A stretch of 64,000 nucleotides of DNA, from NCBI GenBank assembly GCA_051750565.1, contig JBNJJV010000007.1:98901-162900 (forward strand). Reading direction: 5' to 3'. Position numbers and translations under genes: made by a program. The DNA comes from Bacillota bacterium (GTDB lineage Bacteria; Bacillota; Bacilli; Bacillales; Bacillaceae_B). This document shows, piece after piece, positions 1 to 8,274 of this stretch (positions within the stretch are counted from its first letter, which is position 1; every line of letters begins with the position of its first letter). The notes below the pieces were generated by a model. It did no database searches. It worked only from the letters and a program-made list of their open reading frames with translations, and was not told the origin of the DNA.

Positions 1-825
1 GAAGAAAATTTTCTCGTGCAGGAGAAAGATCGCCGCAATGAGTGTAGTAACAGGCTCTAAATACAGAAACATCGACACCTTTGACGCATCCAATACCTCA
101 AGTGCCTTTCCCCAATACCAGTACGCAACACCTGATACAAATACACCGAGGAACACCAAGTGGGCCCATCCAACATTTGTTAAAAGAGAAATGCCTTCCC
201 AGCCGCGGTTTCGGATTAGAAAAGGGATGGTTAAGCTAAAACCCAGTAGACTCATATAAAAGGTGATGACGAGAGATGGCAGCTCAATACGGAGTTTTTT
301 CAGCAACACTGAGTAGATGGCCCAATTTAATGTACTGAGAATCATCAGGATATAACCGATGTTGACAGCAAAACCGATAGACTGCCCGCTCCTCGCTGTC
401 GTTACCATCAGCACACCTGTAATAGCTATAATCATGCCAAGCGCTTTTGGAACCGTCATTTTTTCATGTAAAAAAATCATGGAAAGGATGATGGTGAATA
501 CGGGAGAAAATGAAATCATCCAACCTGCTGATGATGCATCAATTGTAAGGAGGGCCGTCGCCTGGATCACTTGGTGAATGAAGACCCCAAGGACCCCAAG
601 CACAATCAGATGAGGGATATATTTGAGTGGAATGGTGAGTCGATATCTTTTTAAAAGTAAGAGCATGAGCAGAAACAGAGCTCCGATCGCAAACCGAAGA
701 ACGAGCAGCGTATACGGGTCAAGGGTGTCTAACACTGCTTTCGTTGATACAAATGATAGGCCCCAGAAGCTGATTGACATCGTGGCATATAAAGAGGCGG
801 CAACCTTTGTTTTAACTGGAATCAT
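1..825 (-). CDS. EamA/DMT-family transporter (C-terminal end lies beyond the left edge)
   Basis: The minus strand is open from ATG at 825 to base 1: MIPVKTKVAASLYATMSISFWGLSFVSTKAVLDTLDPYTLLVLRFAIGALFLL... It is multi-TM and EamA-like. It is missing from the ORF track only because its stop is outside the window; the + ORFs 38-898 are its antisense. Confidence 0.8.
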   Translation of the reverse strand, partial: MIPVKTKVAASLYATMSISFWGLSFVSTKAVLDTLDPYTLLVLRFAIGALFLLMLLLLKRYRLTIPLKYIPHLIVLGVLGVFIHQVIQATALLTIDASSAGWMISFSPVFTIILSMIFLHEKMTVPKALGMIIAITGVLMVTTARSGQSIGFAVNIGYILMILSTLNWAIYSVLLKKLRIELPSLVITFYMSLLGFSLTIPFLIRNRGWEGISLLTNVGWAHLVFLGVFVSGVAYWYWGKALEVLDASKVSMFLYLEPVTTLIAAIFLLHEKIFF

Positions 826-935
826 GGGCGATGTATCCTTTCGGAAAAAGGTCTTTGTATCATGCTATGCTCGTCCGGCGGAAAGATGTGGGGATTGAGG
901 TGGAATTTGGTGTGGGGATGGGATAAGGGTTAGGC

Positions 936-1031
936 GGATTTGAAAATAAATCTGGAAATTTGAAAATAAGTTGGGTGGATTTGAAAATAATTCTGAGAAT
1001 TTGAAAATAAGTTGCTTAATTTTGAAAATAA
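936..1031. repeat. Five phased copies of ATTTGAAAATAA (period about 20.5 bp)
   Basis: Copies start at 938, 958, 979, 999 and about 1020, each preceded by a short G-rich variable word (gcgg/ggaa/gtgg/gaga/ctta). Confidence 0.9.
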
Positions 1032-1071
1032 ACTAGAATTAGGTCCTGCTCAGGCATCGCTAATCCATCTA

Positions 1072-1167
1072 AAGTCGATAATATATTTGAAAAGTCGATA
1101 ATAATCATGCCAAACTCGATCATATATCAGGAAAGTCGATTATAAACACACCAAACTCGATCATATA
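1072..1167. repeat. Interleaved direct repeats AAGTCGATWATA (x3) and CCAAACTCGATCATATA (x2)
   Basis: AAGTCGATAATA occurs at 1072 and 1092, and AAGTCGATTATA at 1133. CCAAACTCGATCATATA occurs at 1110 and 1151. Spacings are 20 and 41 bp. Confidence 0.9.
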
Positions 1168-1255
1168 CCCACAAAAACCTATTCCGATACCCCCTCTCCT
1201 CGCCAACTTCACGCAAAAAAGTGCCCCAAATAGCCATTTGAGACACTCTCCTTCC

Positions 1256-2587
1256 TTAACTATGTGTAATTCGCTCACGAAACTGCGGTAAATACTCTTT
1301 ATGCACCTCAAACATTTCATCCAGCAGCTGCTTCGCCTTTACATCACTCGTCACCAACGGATTGATCGTCATGGCAAGCAATGCTTTCTCATAGGACCCT
1401 GTAACCGATGCTTCCGCAGCAACCCGTTCAAAAGATTTAATTTGATGAACAAGTCCACTCACAGCCACCGGCAGCTCACCAACTGCAATCGGCTTAGGAC
1501 CAGACTTCGTAACGACGCAGTTCACTTCCACAGCAGATCCCCTTGGTAGATCACTGATCGCTCCATCATTGCGGACATTCAGCGTTTGAATGTCTCCGCG
1601 ATCATTATAAATGGATGAGATGAGATTACAAGCCGCATCGCTGTAATAAGCCCCTCCCCTTTGTTCAAGCTGTGGAGGCTTAATATCAAGGTTTTCATCT
1701 TTGTAAAGTTCGAAAAGTTCATTTTCTAATTGCTGGACTACTTCGGCCCTGGTGGTCCCCGTCTTGAATTCCTCCAGCTGCTTCTCTAAAATATCACTCG
1801 TTTTATAAAAATAGCGATGATAAGGACATGGAATGATTCCTAGACTCTTGATGAACTCCGGTTCCCATGGAAGCGGCGCAATATTCCTCATGCTGACCTG
1901 CTTGTCAGGGTTACTCATGATTTCCAGAACGTCCCCTAAAACTGACTCACCGTCCACCAAAACGTCCAATCCGTACACCATATGATTCAATCCGGCGAAG
2001 TCGATATGCAGTCGTTCTACCTCCACATCAAGAAGCTTGGCCAATGTCATTCTCGTATTAATGGGAAGATTACATACGCCAACGACCTTAGGATGTGACC
2101 CGTAGCGCAGCAAAGCTTCTGTCACCATGCCTGCCGGATTGGTAAAATTGATCAACCAGGCGTCTGGGCAAAGCTCCTGCATTTCATCAGCGATTTCAAG
2201 TAGAACCGGGATCGTCCTCATTCCCTTGAACAATCCACCGGCCCCATTCGTTTCCTGACCGATCATCCCGTACTTGATCGGAAGCCTCTCATCTTGAATT
2301 CTCGCTTTTAGTTGTCCGACTCTCATTTGAGTCGTAACAAAATCAGCATCTGCGAGCGCCTCTTTCCGATCCAGGGTAAGGTGAATTTCCATCGGAACCT
2401 TTGCTTTTTCTACCATTCTCTTCGCTAAATTTCCTACTATAGTGAGTTTTTCTTTCCCTGCTTCAACATCCACCAGCCATAGCTCACTCACCGGAAGCTC
2501 ATCATAACGCTTGATCAATCCTTCAACAAACTCAGGAGTATAGCTTGATCCTCCGCCAATCGTAACGACCTTGATTCCGTTTTTCAT
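1256..2587 (-). CDS. Glycoside hydrolase family 4 6-phospho-beta-glucosidase (LicH/CelF/ChbF-like)
   Basis: MKNGIKVVTIGGGSSYTPEFVEGLIKRYDELPVSELWLVDV... is a GH4 N-terminal NAD-binding fold. ATG 2587 is preceded by GGAGGGA, so the ORF-track start 2623 is probably too long. Confidence 0.88.
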   Translation of the reverse strand: MKNGIKVVTIGGGSSYTPEFVEGLIKRYDELPVSELWLVDVEAGKEKLTIVGNLAKRMVEKAKVPMEIHLTLDRKEALADADFVTTQMRVGQLKARIQDERLPIKYGMIGQETNGAGGLFKGMRTIPVLLEIADEMQELCPDAWLINFTNPAGMVTEALLRYGSHPKVVGVCNLPINTRMTLAKLLDVEVERLHIDFAGLNHMVYGLDVLVDGESVLGDVLEIMSNPDKQVSMRNIAPLPWEPEFIKSLGIIPCPYHRYFYKTSDILEKQLEEFKTGTTRAEVVQQLENELFELYKDENLDIKPPQLEQRGGAYYSDAACNLISSIYNDRGDIQTLNVRNDGAISDLPRGSAVEVNCVVTKSGPKPIAVGELPVAVSGLVHQIKSFERVAAEASVTGSYEKALLAMTINPLVTSDVKAKQLLDEMFEVHKEYLPQFRERITHS

Positions 2588-2609
2588 TGTGTAAGCCTCC
2601 CTCCTATGA

Positions 2610-2900
2610 TTACTTGGCAACAAAGGCCAATATAAAACTTATTAAGAAACTGACAACCACTGCTAATAAAACTCGCTTCTTTTTAACAGAAGCATCTTCA
2701 ACGGGCCCTTCCATTTTTAAAAGAACAAATGAGAGTCCGGCCGATGCCGATATCCCCGTTGCTAAAAATACACTCCAATCCTTTGCGAGTCCCGCACTCA
2801 TCAAAGGATTGGAAAGAAGTAAAAGTCCAATAGATACGGAGATTAGAAGAACAAACACACTCCTAAAACCGATTCGCTTTGGGACAACCGTTTCTGTCAT
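2610..2900 (-). CDS. Small 3-TM membrane protein, unknown function
   Basis: MTETVVPKRIGFRSVFVLLISVSIGLLLLSNPLMSAGLAKDW... ATG 2900 lies 8 nt after GGAG. It is co-oriented in the PTS/GH4 operon. Confidence 0.55.
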   Translation of the reverse strand: MTETVVPKRIGFRSVFVLLISVSIGLLLLSNPLMSAGLAKDWSVFLATGISASAGLSFVLLKMEGPVEDASVKKKRVLLAVVVSFLISFILAFVAK

Positions 2901-2924
2901 TTGAATCACTCCTAATGCTAATGA

Positions 2925-3262
2925 AGAAGTGGGAATCCTAGGACCCCCACTTCTGCTTTTTGATATGAATGCTTATGTGGAGAGGGATAAGCCCCTCCAC
3001 CTTTCTTTTTGTCCAGCTACGGGGCTTAGAGGCTCGAGGTCATAAGCTAATCCGCTAAGAAGGTTAAAGAGCAACCTTCATGCCGGCTTAGCTTATGCTT
3101 GTCGCCTCTGGGCAAAGCCCTTCCGCTTTTCTATTTGTCCAGCTCCGGCGGCTAGCCCCTCGAGGTCATAAGTCCAGCCCACCAAAAAGGCAAAGAACGC
3201 CTTTCCGGTGGACTTGCCTTATGCTTGTCGGGGCTGATCGAGCCGCCTCCGCCTTTCTATTA
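2925..3262. repeat. Structured intergenic repeat array: two leader hairpins plus two 126-bp tandem long-hairpin units
   Basis: Unit 1 is 3011-3136 and unit 2 is 3137-3262. Both start GTCCAGCT and each is preceded by CCNCYTTTCTWTT. Each unit folds into a roughly 100-nt multi-helix hairpin (CATAAG...CTTATG core). It fills the whole gap between the EIIC stop and the next ORF. Confidence 0.85.
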
Positions 3263-4540
3263 TGCCGCTTGTTGATCGCTTTCTTCCATCTTCATCATCT
3301 TCTTGTCGTACATCTTGAAGAATGGGAAATAGATAGCGAAAGAGATTGCGATATTGATAAGAACCATGACAATGGCTCTCCAGTCACCACCCGTTGCCAG
3401 GTACGCTCCGATTGGTGCGGGCAGTGTCCAAGGGGGCATGATATAGGTTGGTGATACCAGCCCTATAGTTGTTGCTACATAAGCCAGAGTACCAGTGATC
3501 AGCGGGATTGTTACAAATGGAATGATCAAAATCGGATTCAATACAATAGGAGCACCGAAGATGATAGGCTCATTGATATTGAAGATACCCGGTACAATAC
3601 TTGTTCTTCCTAACGCTTTTAAGTATTTTGAGCGGGAGAAGAAGACCATTGCCAGAACTAATCCAAGAGTTGCTCCTGATCCACCTATCCAGATGAACCA
3701 TTGGTAGAATGTTTCGGGTGCGATGTGTGGAATTGCTTCTCCATTTGCAACCGCATCTGCATTGTTTACAAGGAACACTTCCCATAGTGGACGGGCAACC
3801 GTTCCTACTACAGACACCCCATGGATACCGAATGACCAGAAGAACGTAATTAAGAATACCGGAATCAATACGCCGAAAATACTGTCACCAGCGGTAACTA
3901 ATGGAGCAACCGCTACGCCAATTAGATGATGTAAATCTACTCCGGCTACTACGGTTACAGCAGAAACCAATAGAATAACAATCGCTACAGGAATAAGTGC
4001 TTCAAAGCTTCGTGATACAGATGCCGGTACTTGCTCCGGCATTTTGATCGTAATGTTTTTCGTTTTACAAAACCTCAAAATTTCAACTGCCAGAATCGAG
4101 ACGACCATGGCGACGAATAATCCATGACCACCGAGGTTGGTCATTGGCAGGACCCATCCTTCTCCATCCATTACTTTTGGTGTAATCGTTAATAGAAGTG
4201 CAGCTACTGAAATTTGTGCACCGGATAATGGATCCAGGTTATAGCTTTTCGAGAGGTTGTATCCTATCCCGAAGGCTATATAGAGTGACATGATAAACAT
4301 GGTCAGTCGGTAAGGAATCAGGATTTCAACGATGTTGTCAGCGGCCCACTGTTTGATGTCTCCGAATATTCCGCCATCAGGAAGCGGTGGAAAAGCTAAG
4401 ATCAGGAAAAATGAACCAACGATAATAAATGGCAGTGCTGAAATAACCCCATCCCGGATTGCTTGCAAGTGCCTTTGTTCAGAGAGCCGGGCCATTGGAC
4501 CTGACAAGTTGTTCTCTAGAAAATTTACAAACTTTTGCAT
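3260..4540 (-). CDS. PTS lactose/cellobiose-family EIIC permease
   Basis: MQKFVNFLENNLSGPMARLSEQRHLQAIRDGVISALPFIIVGSFFLILAFPPLP... is a typical Cel/Lic EIIC N-terminus; 426 aa, polytopic. Confidence 0.9.
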   Translation of the reverse strand: MQKFVNFLENNLSGPMARLSEQRHLQAIRDGVISALPFIIVGSFFLILAFPPLPDGGIFGDIKQWAADNIVEILIPYRLTMFIMSLYIAFGIGYNLSKSYNLDPLSGAQISVAALLLTITPKVMDGEGWVLPMTNLGGHGLFVAMVVSILAVEILRFCKTKNITIKMPEQVPASVSRSFEALIPVAIVILLVSAVTVVAGVDLHHLIGVAVAPLVTAGDSIFGVLIPVFLITFFWSFGIHGVSVVGTVARPLWEVFLVNNADAVANGEAIPHIAPETFYQWFIWIGGSGATLGLVLAMVFFSRSKYLKALGRTSIVPGIFNINEPIIFGAPIVLNPILIIPFVTIPLITGTLAYVATTIGLVSPTYIMPPWTLPAPIGAYLATGGDWRAIVMVLINIAISFAIYFPFFKMYDKKMMKMEESDQQAA

Positions 4541-4567
4541 GTTTGTACCCCCTTGTTTCCTATTAAA

Positions 4568-4873
4568 TTAGTTGGTTAATTCTTTTACTGTTTTCAGTAA
4601 AGTAGGACCGCCAAGTGGAGTGTACGCTTGTGGAGGAATCGGACCACAAGGAACATTCGCTTCATCAGCGGCTTTCTTCACTTGATCAAAGCGGTGTCTG
4701 ATCTGCGGTGCTACCATACAAACATCCCATCCCTTGGAGATCTCCTCCGATACTTCACCGGTTCCAATTGCATGTACTTCCATCTCAATCCCGGCTTTGT
4801 CCCCTTCTTTTTTCAGTGCATTCACGACAATTGCGCTGGACATTCCACCGGAACATACGAATAATACTCTCAT
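4568..4873 (-). CDS. PTS lactose/cellobiose-family EIIB
   Basis: MRVLFVCSGGMSSAIVVNALKKEG... carries the active-site Cys loop; 101 aa. Confidence 0.9.
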   Translation of the reverse strand: MRVLFVCSGGMSSAIVVNALKKEGDKAGIEMEVHAIGTGEVSEEISKGWDVCMVAPQIRHRFDQVKKAADEANVPCGPIPPQAYTPLGGPTLLKTVKELTN

Positions 4874-4875
4874 CT

Positions 4876-5742
4876 TTACTCTTCCTCCTCTTTCATTCTT
4901 TGAACTACTTCATGTGTATGAATAATTTGCTCGTAAACGCCATGTCCTTTTTTCATGCATAAAGCGACGAATAAAGCGTCAATCACGACGAGTTGAGCAA
5001 TTCTTGCTGTCATGGTTCCGATTCTGATATTGTGTTCTTCCTCGGAAATCGTTAAGACGATATCAGCGAGCTTCCTTGCGGGGGATTTCCCATGCTGTGT
5101 CAATAGAAGGATTGTGGCCCCTTTTTCTTGAGCGACGTTCATGAGCTTCAGTATTTCCTTTGTCTGACCTGATGTGGAGACGACGAAGAGAACGTCTCTT
5201 TCGGTTAAGTTTGCGGCCATCATCATTTGCACATGGATATCACTCGCTTGAAATGCCAGATAGTTCAGTCGTAATAGCTTTTGCGTAAAGTCTTCCGCTA
5301 CTACAGCTGAACCGCCTACTCCATACAGGTATACCCGTCCAGCTTTATGGAACGCGTTCACAGCCCGATCCAGTTCATTTATGGAAAAAAGCTTTTCCGT
5401 GTTCTTGATCGCTTGATAGGTGTTCACCAGTACTTTGTTGAATACGGTTTCAAGATTGTCTTCAAAGTGCAGAAGTGTATTGATGTCATGACTCTTTGTT
5501 TCTTCAATATTCGAGCTTTTGGCCAATTCGATCTTCAAACCGCTGAAACTATTGATTCCGATTCGTTTGCAGAACCGGATGATGGCTGCTTCACTGCTGC
5601 CACATGATTGTGAGAGTTGCTTTGTCGTCATTTCCATTACTTTCTCAGGAAACTCCAACACATATTGAGCAACCGCAATTTCAGACGGGGTGTAGTTCTC
5701 CATCTGACTTTTGATGTGTTTTAATACTTGAAATTCCGTCAT
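4876..5742 (-). CDS. RpiR/MurR-family transcriptional regulator (HTH_6 + SIS)
   Basis: MTEFQVLKHIKSQMENYTPSEIAVAQYVLEFPEKVMEMTTKQLSQSCGSSEAAIIRFCKRIG... plus a SIS domain (VYLYGVGGSAVVA). ATG 5742 lies 5 nt after GGAGG. Confidence 0.85.
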   Translation of the reverse strand: MTEFQVLKHIKSQMENYTPSEIAVAQYVLEFPEKVMEMTTKQLSQSCGSSEAAIIRFCKRIGINSFSGLKIELAKSSNIEETKSHDINTLLHFEDNLETVFNKVLVNTYQAIKNTEKLFSINELDRAVNAFHKAGRVYLYGVGGSAVVAEDFTQKLLRLNYLAFQASDIHVQMMMAANLTERDVLFVVSTSGQTKEILKLMNVAQEKGATILLLTQHGKSPARKLADIVLTISEEEHNIRIGTMTARIAQLVVIDALFVALCMKKGHGVYEQIIHTHEVVQRMKEEEE

Positions 5743-5768
5743 AGTCACCTCCAAAAAAATGATTGTCT

Positions 5769-5782
5769 TGAAAAGGCTTTCA
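5769..5782. promoter_or_regulatory. cre-like (CcpA) site TGAAAAGGCTTTCA
   Basis: It matches WTGNAANCGNWNNCW except for the central C. It lies in the divergent rpiR/EIIA promoter region. A 13-bp palindrome GAAATTAAATTTC sits at 5808-5820. Confidence 0.35.
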
Positions 5783-5902
5783 GTTTAATATGATTATATG
5801 CGATAATGAAATTAAATTTCAATATTATTTTAAAATATTTAAACTTTTATTTTACTATTCTAGTAGAAAATGATTCTAAACAGGAATGAGGAGGAATACA
5901 CA

Positions 5903-6235
5903 ATGGCAGAGGTACGCAACGTAGAAATGGAGATTTTTGAAATTATATCAAACGGCGGGAATGCAAAAAGCATCGCATATGAGGCCCTGACAAAGGCACA
6001 TGAAGGTAAGTTTGAAGAAGCTGAAGAGATGCTGAAAACAGCCCATGCAGAACTGAACAAAGCTCACAAAACGCAAACGAGTCTCATTCAGGCTGAAATC
6101 AATGGAGAAGATTTTGAAAAATCACTTCTGATGATTCATGCTCAAGACCACTTGATGACCTCCATCAGTGAAATTTCTTTAATTGAACAAATGATTCCCC
6201 TGTTAAAAAGAATAGATGCACTGGAAAACAAATAA
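5903..6235 (+). CDS. PTS lactose/cellobiose-family EIIA
   Basis: MAEVRNVEMEIFEIISNGGNAKSIAYEALTKAHEGKFEEAEEMLKTAHAELNKAHKTQT...HAQDHLM. ATG 5903 follows GAGGAGG. Confidence 0.88.
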   Translation: MAEVRNVEMEIFEIISNGGNAKSIAYEALTKAHEGKFEEAEEMLKTAHAELNKAHKTQTSLIQAEINGEDFEKSLLMIHAQDHLMTSISEISLIEQMIPLLKRIDALENK

Positions 6236-6253
6236 TTTTAAGGAGGCATACCA

Positions 6254-7342
6254 ATGAGTAAAAGACTGGGAGTTTCAATTTACCCAAACCATTCCACGAC
6301 TGAAAAGGATAAAGAATATCTTGCTCTGGCCTCATCTTACGGATTTAAGCGAGTGTTCACCTGCTTACTATCAGTGGAGGGGGATAAGGATGGAATCATC
6401 TCGAACTTTAAAGAAACGATTAAATTTGCCCGTGAAAAAAATATGGAAGTCATCGCTGATATCAGTCCCCGTATTTTCAAAGAACTGAACATCTCGTATG
6501 ATGATTTATCCTTTTTTGCCGATCTGGGTGCTCACGGTATCCGCCTTGATCTCGGGTATACAGGGCATGAAGAATCGATGATGTCGTACAACCCATATTA
6601 TTTGAAAATTGAACTCAATATGAGTAATGCAACGAAATACATCGATAACATCATAACGTATCAACCGAATAAGGATCAATTGCTTGGATGTCATAACTTC
6701 TATCCGCACCGCTACTCCGGTTTATCCTATCCATTCTTTATTGAATGCAGTAAAAAGTTTAAAGACTTCGGGATGAGAACGGCAGCGTTTGTTTCTTCTT
6801 CCGATGCAACACTCGGTCCCTGGCCGGTCACGGAAGGATTGCCTACATTAGAAATGCACCGTACTCTTCCTATTGATGTCCAGGCTAAGCATCTTTTTGC
6901 CACAGGGTTAATTGATGATGTCATTATTAGTAACGCTTATGCATCAGAAAGTGAAATGCAACTGCTTAGCGAACTGAACACATCGAAGCTGACCTTTACA
7001 GTCGAAACCCACGAAACGACAACAGACTTAGAAAAGACGATTATATTTGAAGAACCGCACTTCTATCGTGGTGATGTATCTGATTATCTGATCCGCTCGA
7101 CTCAAAGCCGCGTGAAATATCGTGGAAGAGAATTTGCTCCCCACAATACGGTTGACATAAAGCGCGGAGACATCGTAATTGAAAACGACCTATATGCCCA
7201 GTATGCAGGAGAACTTCAAATTGCGCTTCAAGATATGGAGAACTCAGGCAAAACCAATGTGGTGGGACGTATCCGTGAAGAAGAAATCTTCTTAGTGGAT
7301 TACCTGAAGCCTTGGGGTAAATTTGCCTTTCTAACTAAGTAA
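6254..7342 (+). CDS. DUF871 / MupG-family protein (6-phospho-N-acetylmuramidase-like)
   Basis: MSKRLGVSIYPNHSTTEKDKEYLALASSYGFKRVFTCLLSVEGDKD...; 362 aa. The DUF871 assignment is by recollection, supported by the murQ/anmK context. Confidence 0.75.
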   Translation: MSKRLGVSIYPNHSTTEKDKEYLALASSYGFKRVFTCLLSVEGDKDGIISNFKETIKFAREKNMEVIADISPRIFKELNISYDDLSFFADLGAHGIRLDLGYTGHEESMMSYNPYYLKIELNMSNATKYIDNIITYQPNKDQLLGCHNFYPHRYSGLSYPFFIECSKKFKDFGMRTAAFVSSSDATLGPWPVTEGLPTLEMHRTLPIDVQAKHLFATGLIDDVIISNAYASESEMQLLSELNTSKLTFTVETHETTTDLEKTIIFEEPHFYRGDVSDYLIRSTQSRVKYRGREFAPHNTVDIKRGDIVIENDLYAQYAGELQIALQDMENSGKTNVVGRIREEEIFLVDYLKPWGKFAFLTK

Positions 7343-7359
7343 TGTGGAGGTTTCTTTAG

Positions 7360-8274
7360 ATGACTAGAGTAATAGGAATCGATGCAGGCGGGACGAAAAT
7401 TCAAGGACTCGTTCTTGATTTAGAGAAGAACATCCTGTTTCAAAGCTTATCCGGACACGGCAATCCAACGGTTTCCTTTGAAGAGGCATTAACCAATCTC
7501 TCTTCCGTGATTCAACAATGCTTGGATTACACTTCTTCTGAAGAGGTTTCCCATATTGTGATCGGGATGGCAGGTGCCGAGTCCGGTAATCTGGCTCATC
7601 GAATCAAGATGGAGTTACAAAGGATAACTTCCCTGCCTATTATCCTTTTGAATGATGCCACCCTCGCCTATTTCAGTTTAATCGGGAATCAGAACGGTGT
7701 GATGACCATTGCGGGAACGGGTTCGATTTGTTATGGACGAAACGGGAAACAGGAAGGAACTACCGGCGGCTGGGGACATCTTCTTGGTGACGAAGGCAGT
7801 GCTTATCATATTGCAATTGAAGCATGTAAACAGATTTCGATGGAGATGGATTCAGGTAAACCACTTTCCCCTCTTTCCCATAACATTTTAAACGAAATCG
7901 GAGCGAGTGATGGGAAAGGGTTAAAAGGGTTTATCTATTCTTCTACCAAAGGTGAAATGGCAAAGCTTGCGAAAGTGGTTCACAAGCAAGCTGAGGCTGG
8001 TAATGAAGCGGCCTTTCTATTATTTAAAATAGCCGGGGAGCAGCTTGCCCGTCAGACGATTGCCTTATTGGAGAAACTACAGATCGATGTGAATCCGGTT
8101 ATCGCCTTAAAAGGAAGTGTCCTTGAACATAATGTGGTGGTGCAATCCAATTTTAAAGAAATGATTTCAGAGCGATTTCCAGACGCTGCCTATATCGTCG
8201 ACTCAACCTCCCCTGCCACCGGGGCAGTCGATGTGACAGAAGCCATCAGGGAAGGAAGGTTGTCATATGAGTAA
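7360..8274 (+). CDS. BadF/BadG/BcrA/BcrD-type ATPase, probable GlcNAc/MurNAc kinase
   Basis: MTRVIGIDAGGTKIQGLVLD... and GWGHLLGDEGSAYHI are sugar-kinase/ASKHA motifs. Confidence 0.75.
   Translation: MTRVIGIDAGGTKIQGLVLDLEKNILFQSLSGHGNPTVSFEEALTNLSSVIQQCLDYTSSEEVSHIVIGMAGAESGNLAHRIKMELQRITSLPIILLNDATLAYFSLIGNQNGVMTIAGTGSICYGRNGKQEGTTGGWGHLLGDEGSAYHIAIEACKQISMEMDSGKPLSPLSHNILNEIGASDGKGLKGFIYSSTKGEMAKLAKVVHKQAEAGNEAAFLLFKIAGEQLARQTIALLEKLQIDVNPVIALKGSVLEHNVVVQSNFKEMISERFPDAAYIVDSTSPATGAVDVTEAIREGRLSYE

Noticed and set aside
38-898. Three + strand ORFs (73, 72 and 91 aa) at the left edge
   Set aside because: They lie antisense to a continuous, convincing EamA-type reading frame on the minus strand (ATG 825 to base 1). 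Their sequences are low-complexity and have no RBS.
936-1167. Possible CRISPR array, because of regularly spaced short repeats
   Set aside because: The repeat units are only 12-17 bp with 8-9 bp 'spacers' and a period of about 20 bp. No cas genes are present. This is far outside CRISPR geometry.
3095-3454. 119-aa + strand ORF
   Set aside because: It is read straight through the structured tandem repeat and then antisense into the EIIC gene. It is an artefact of the GC-rich repeat.
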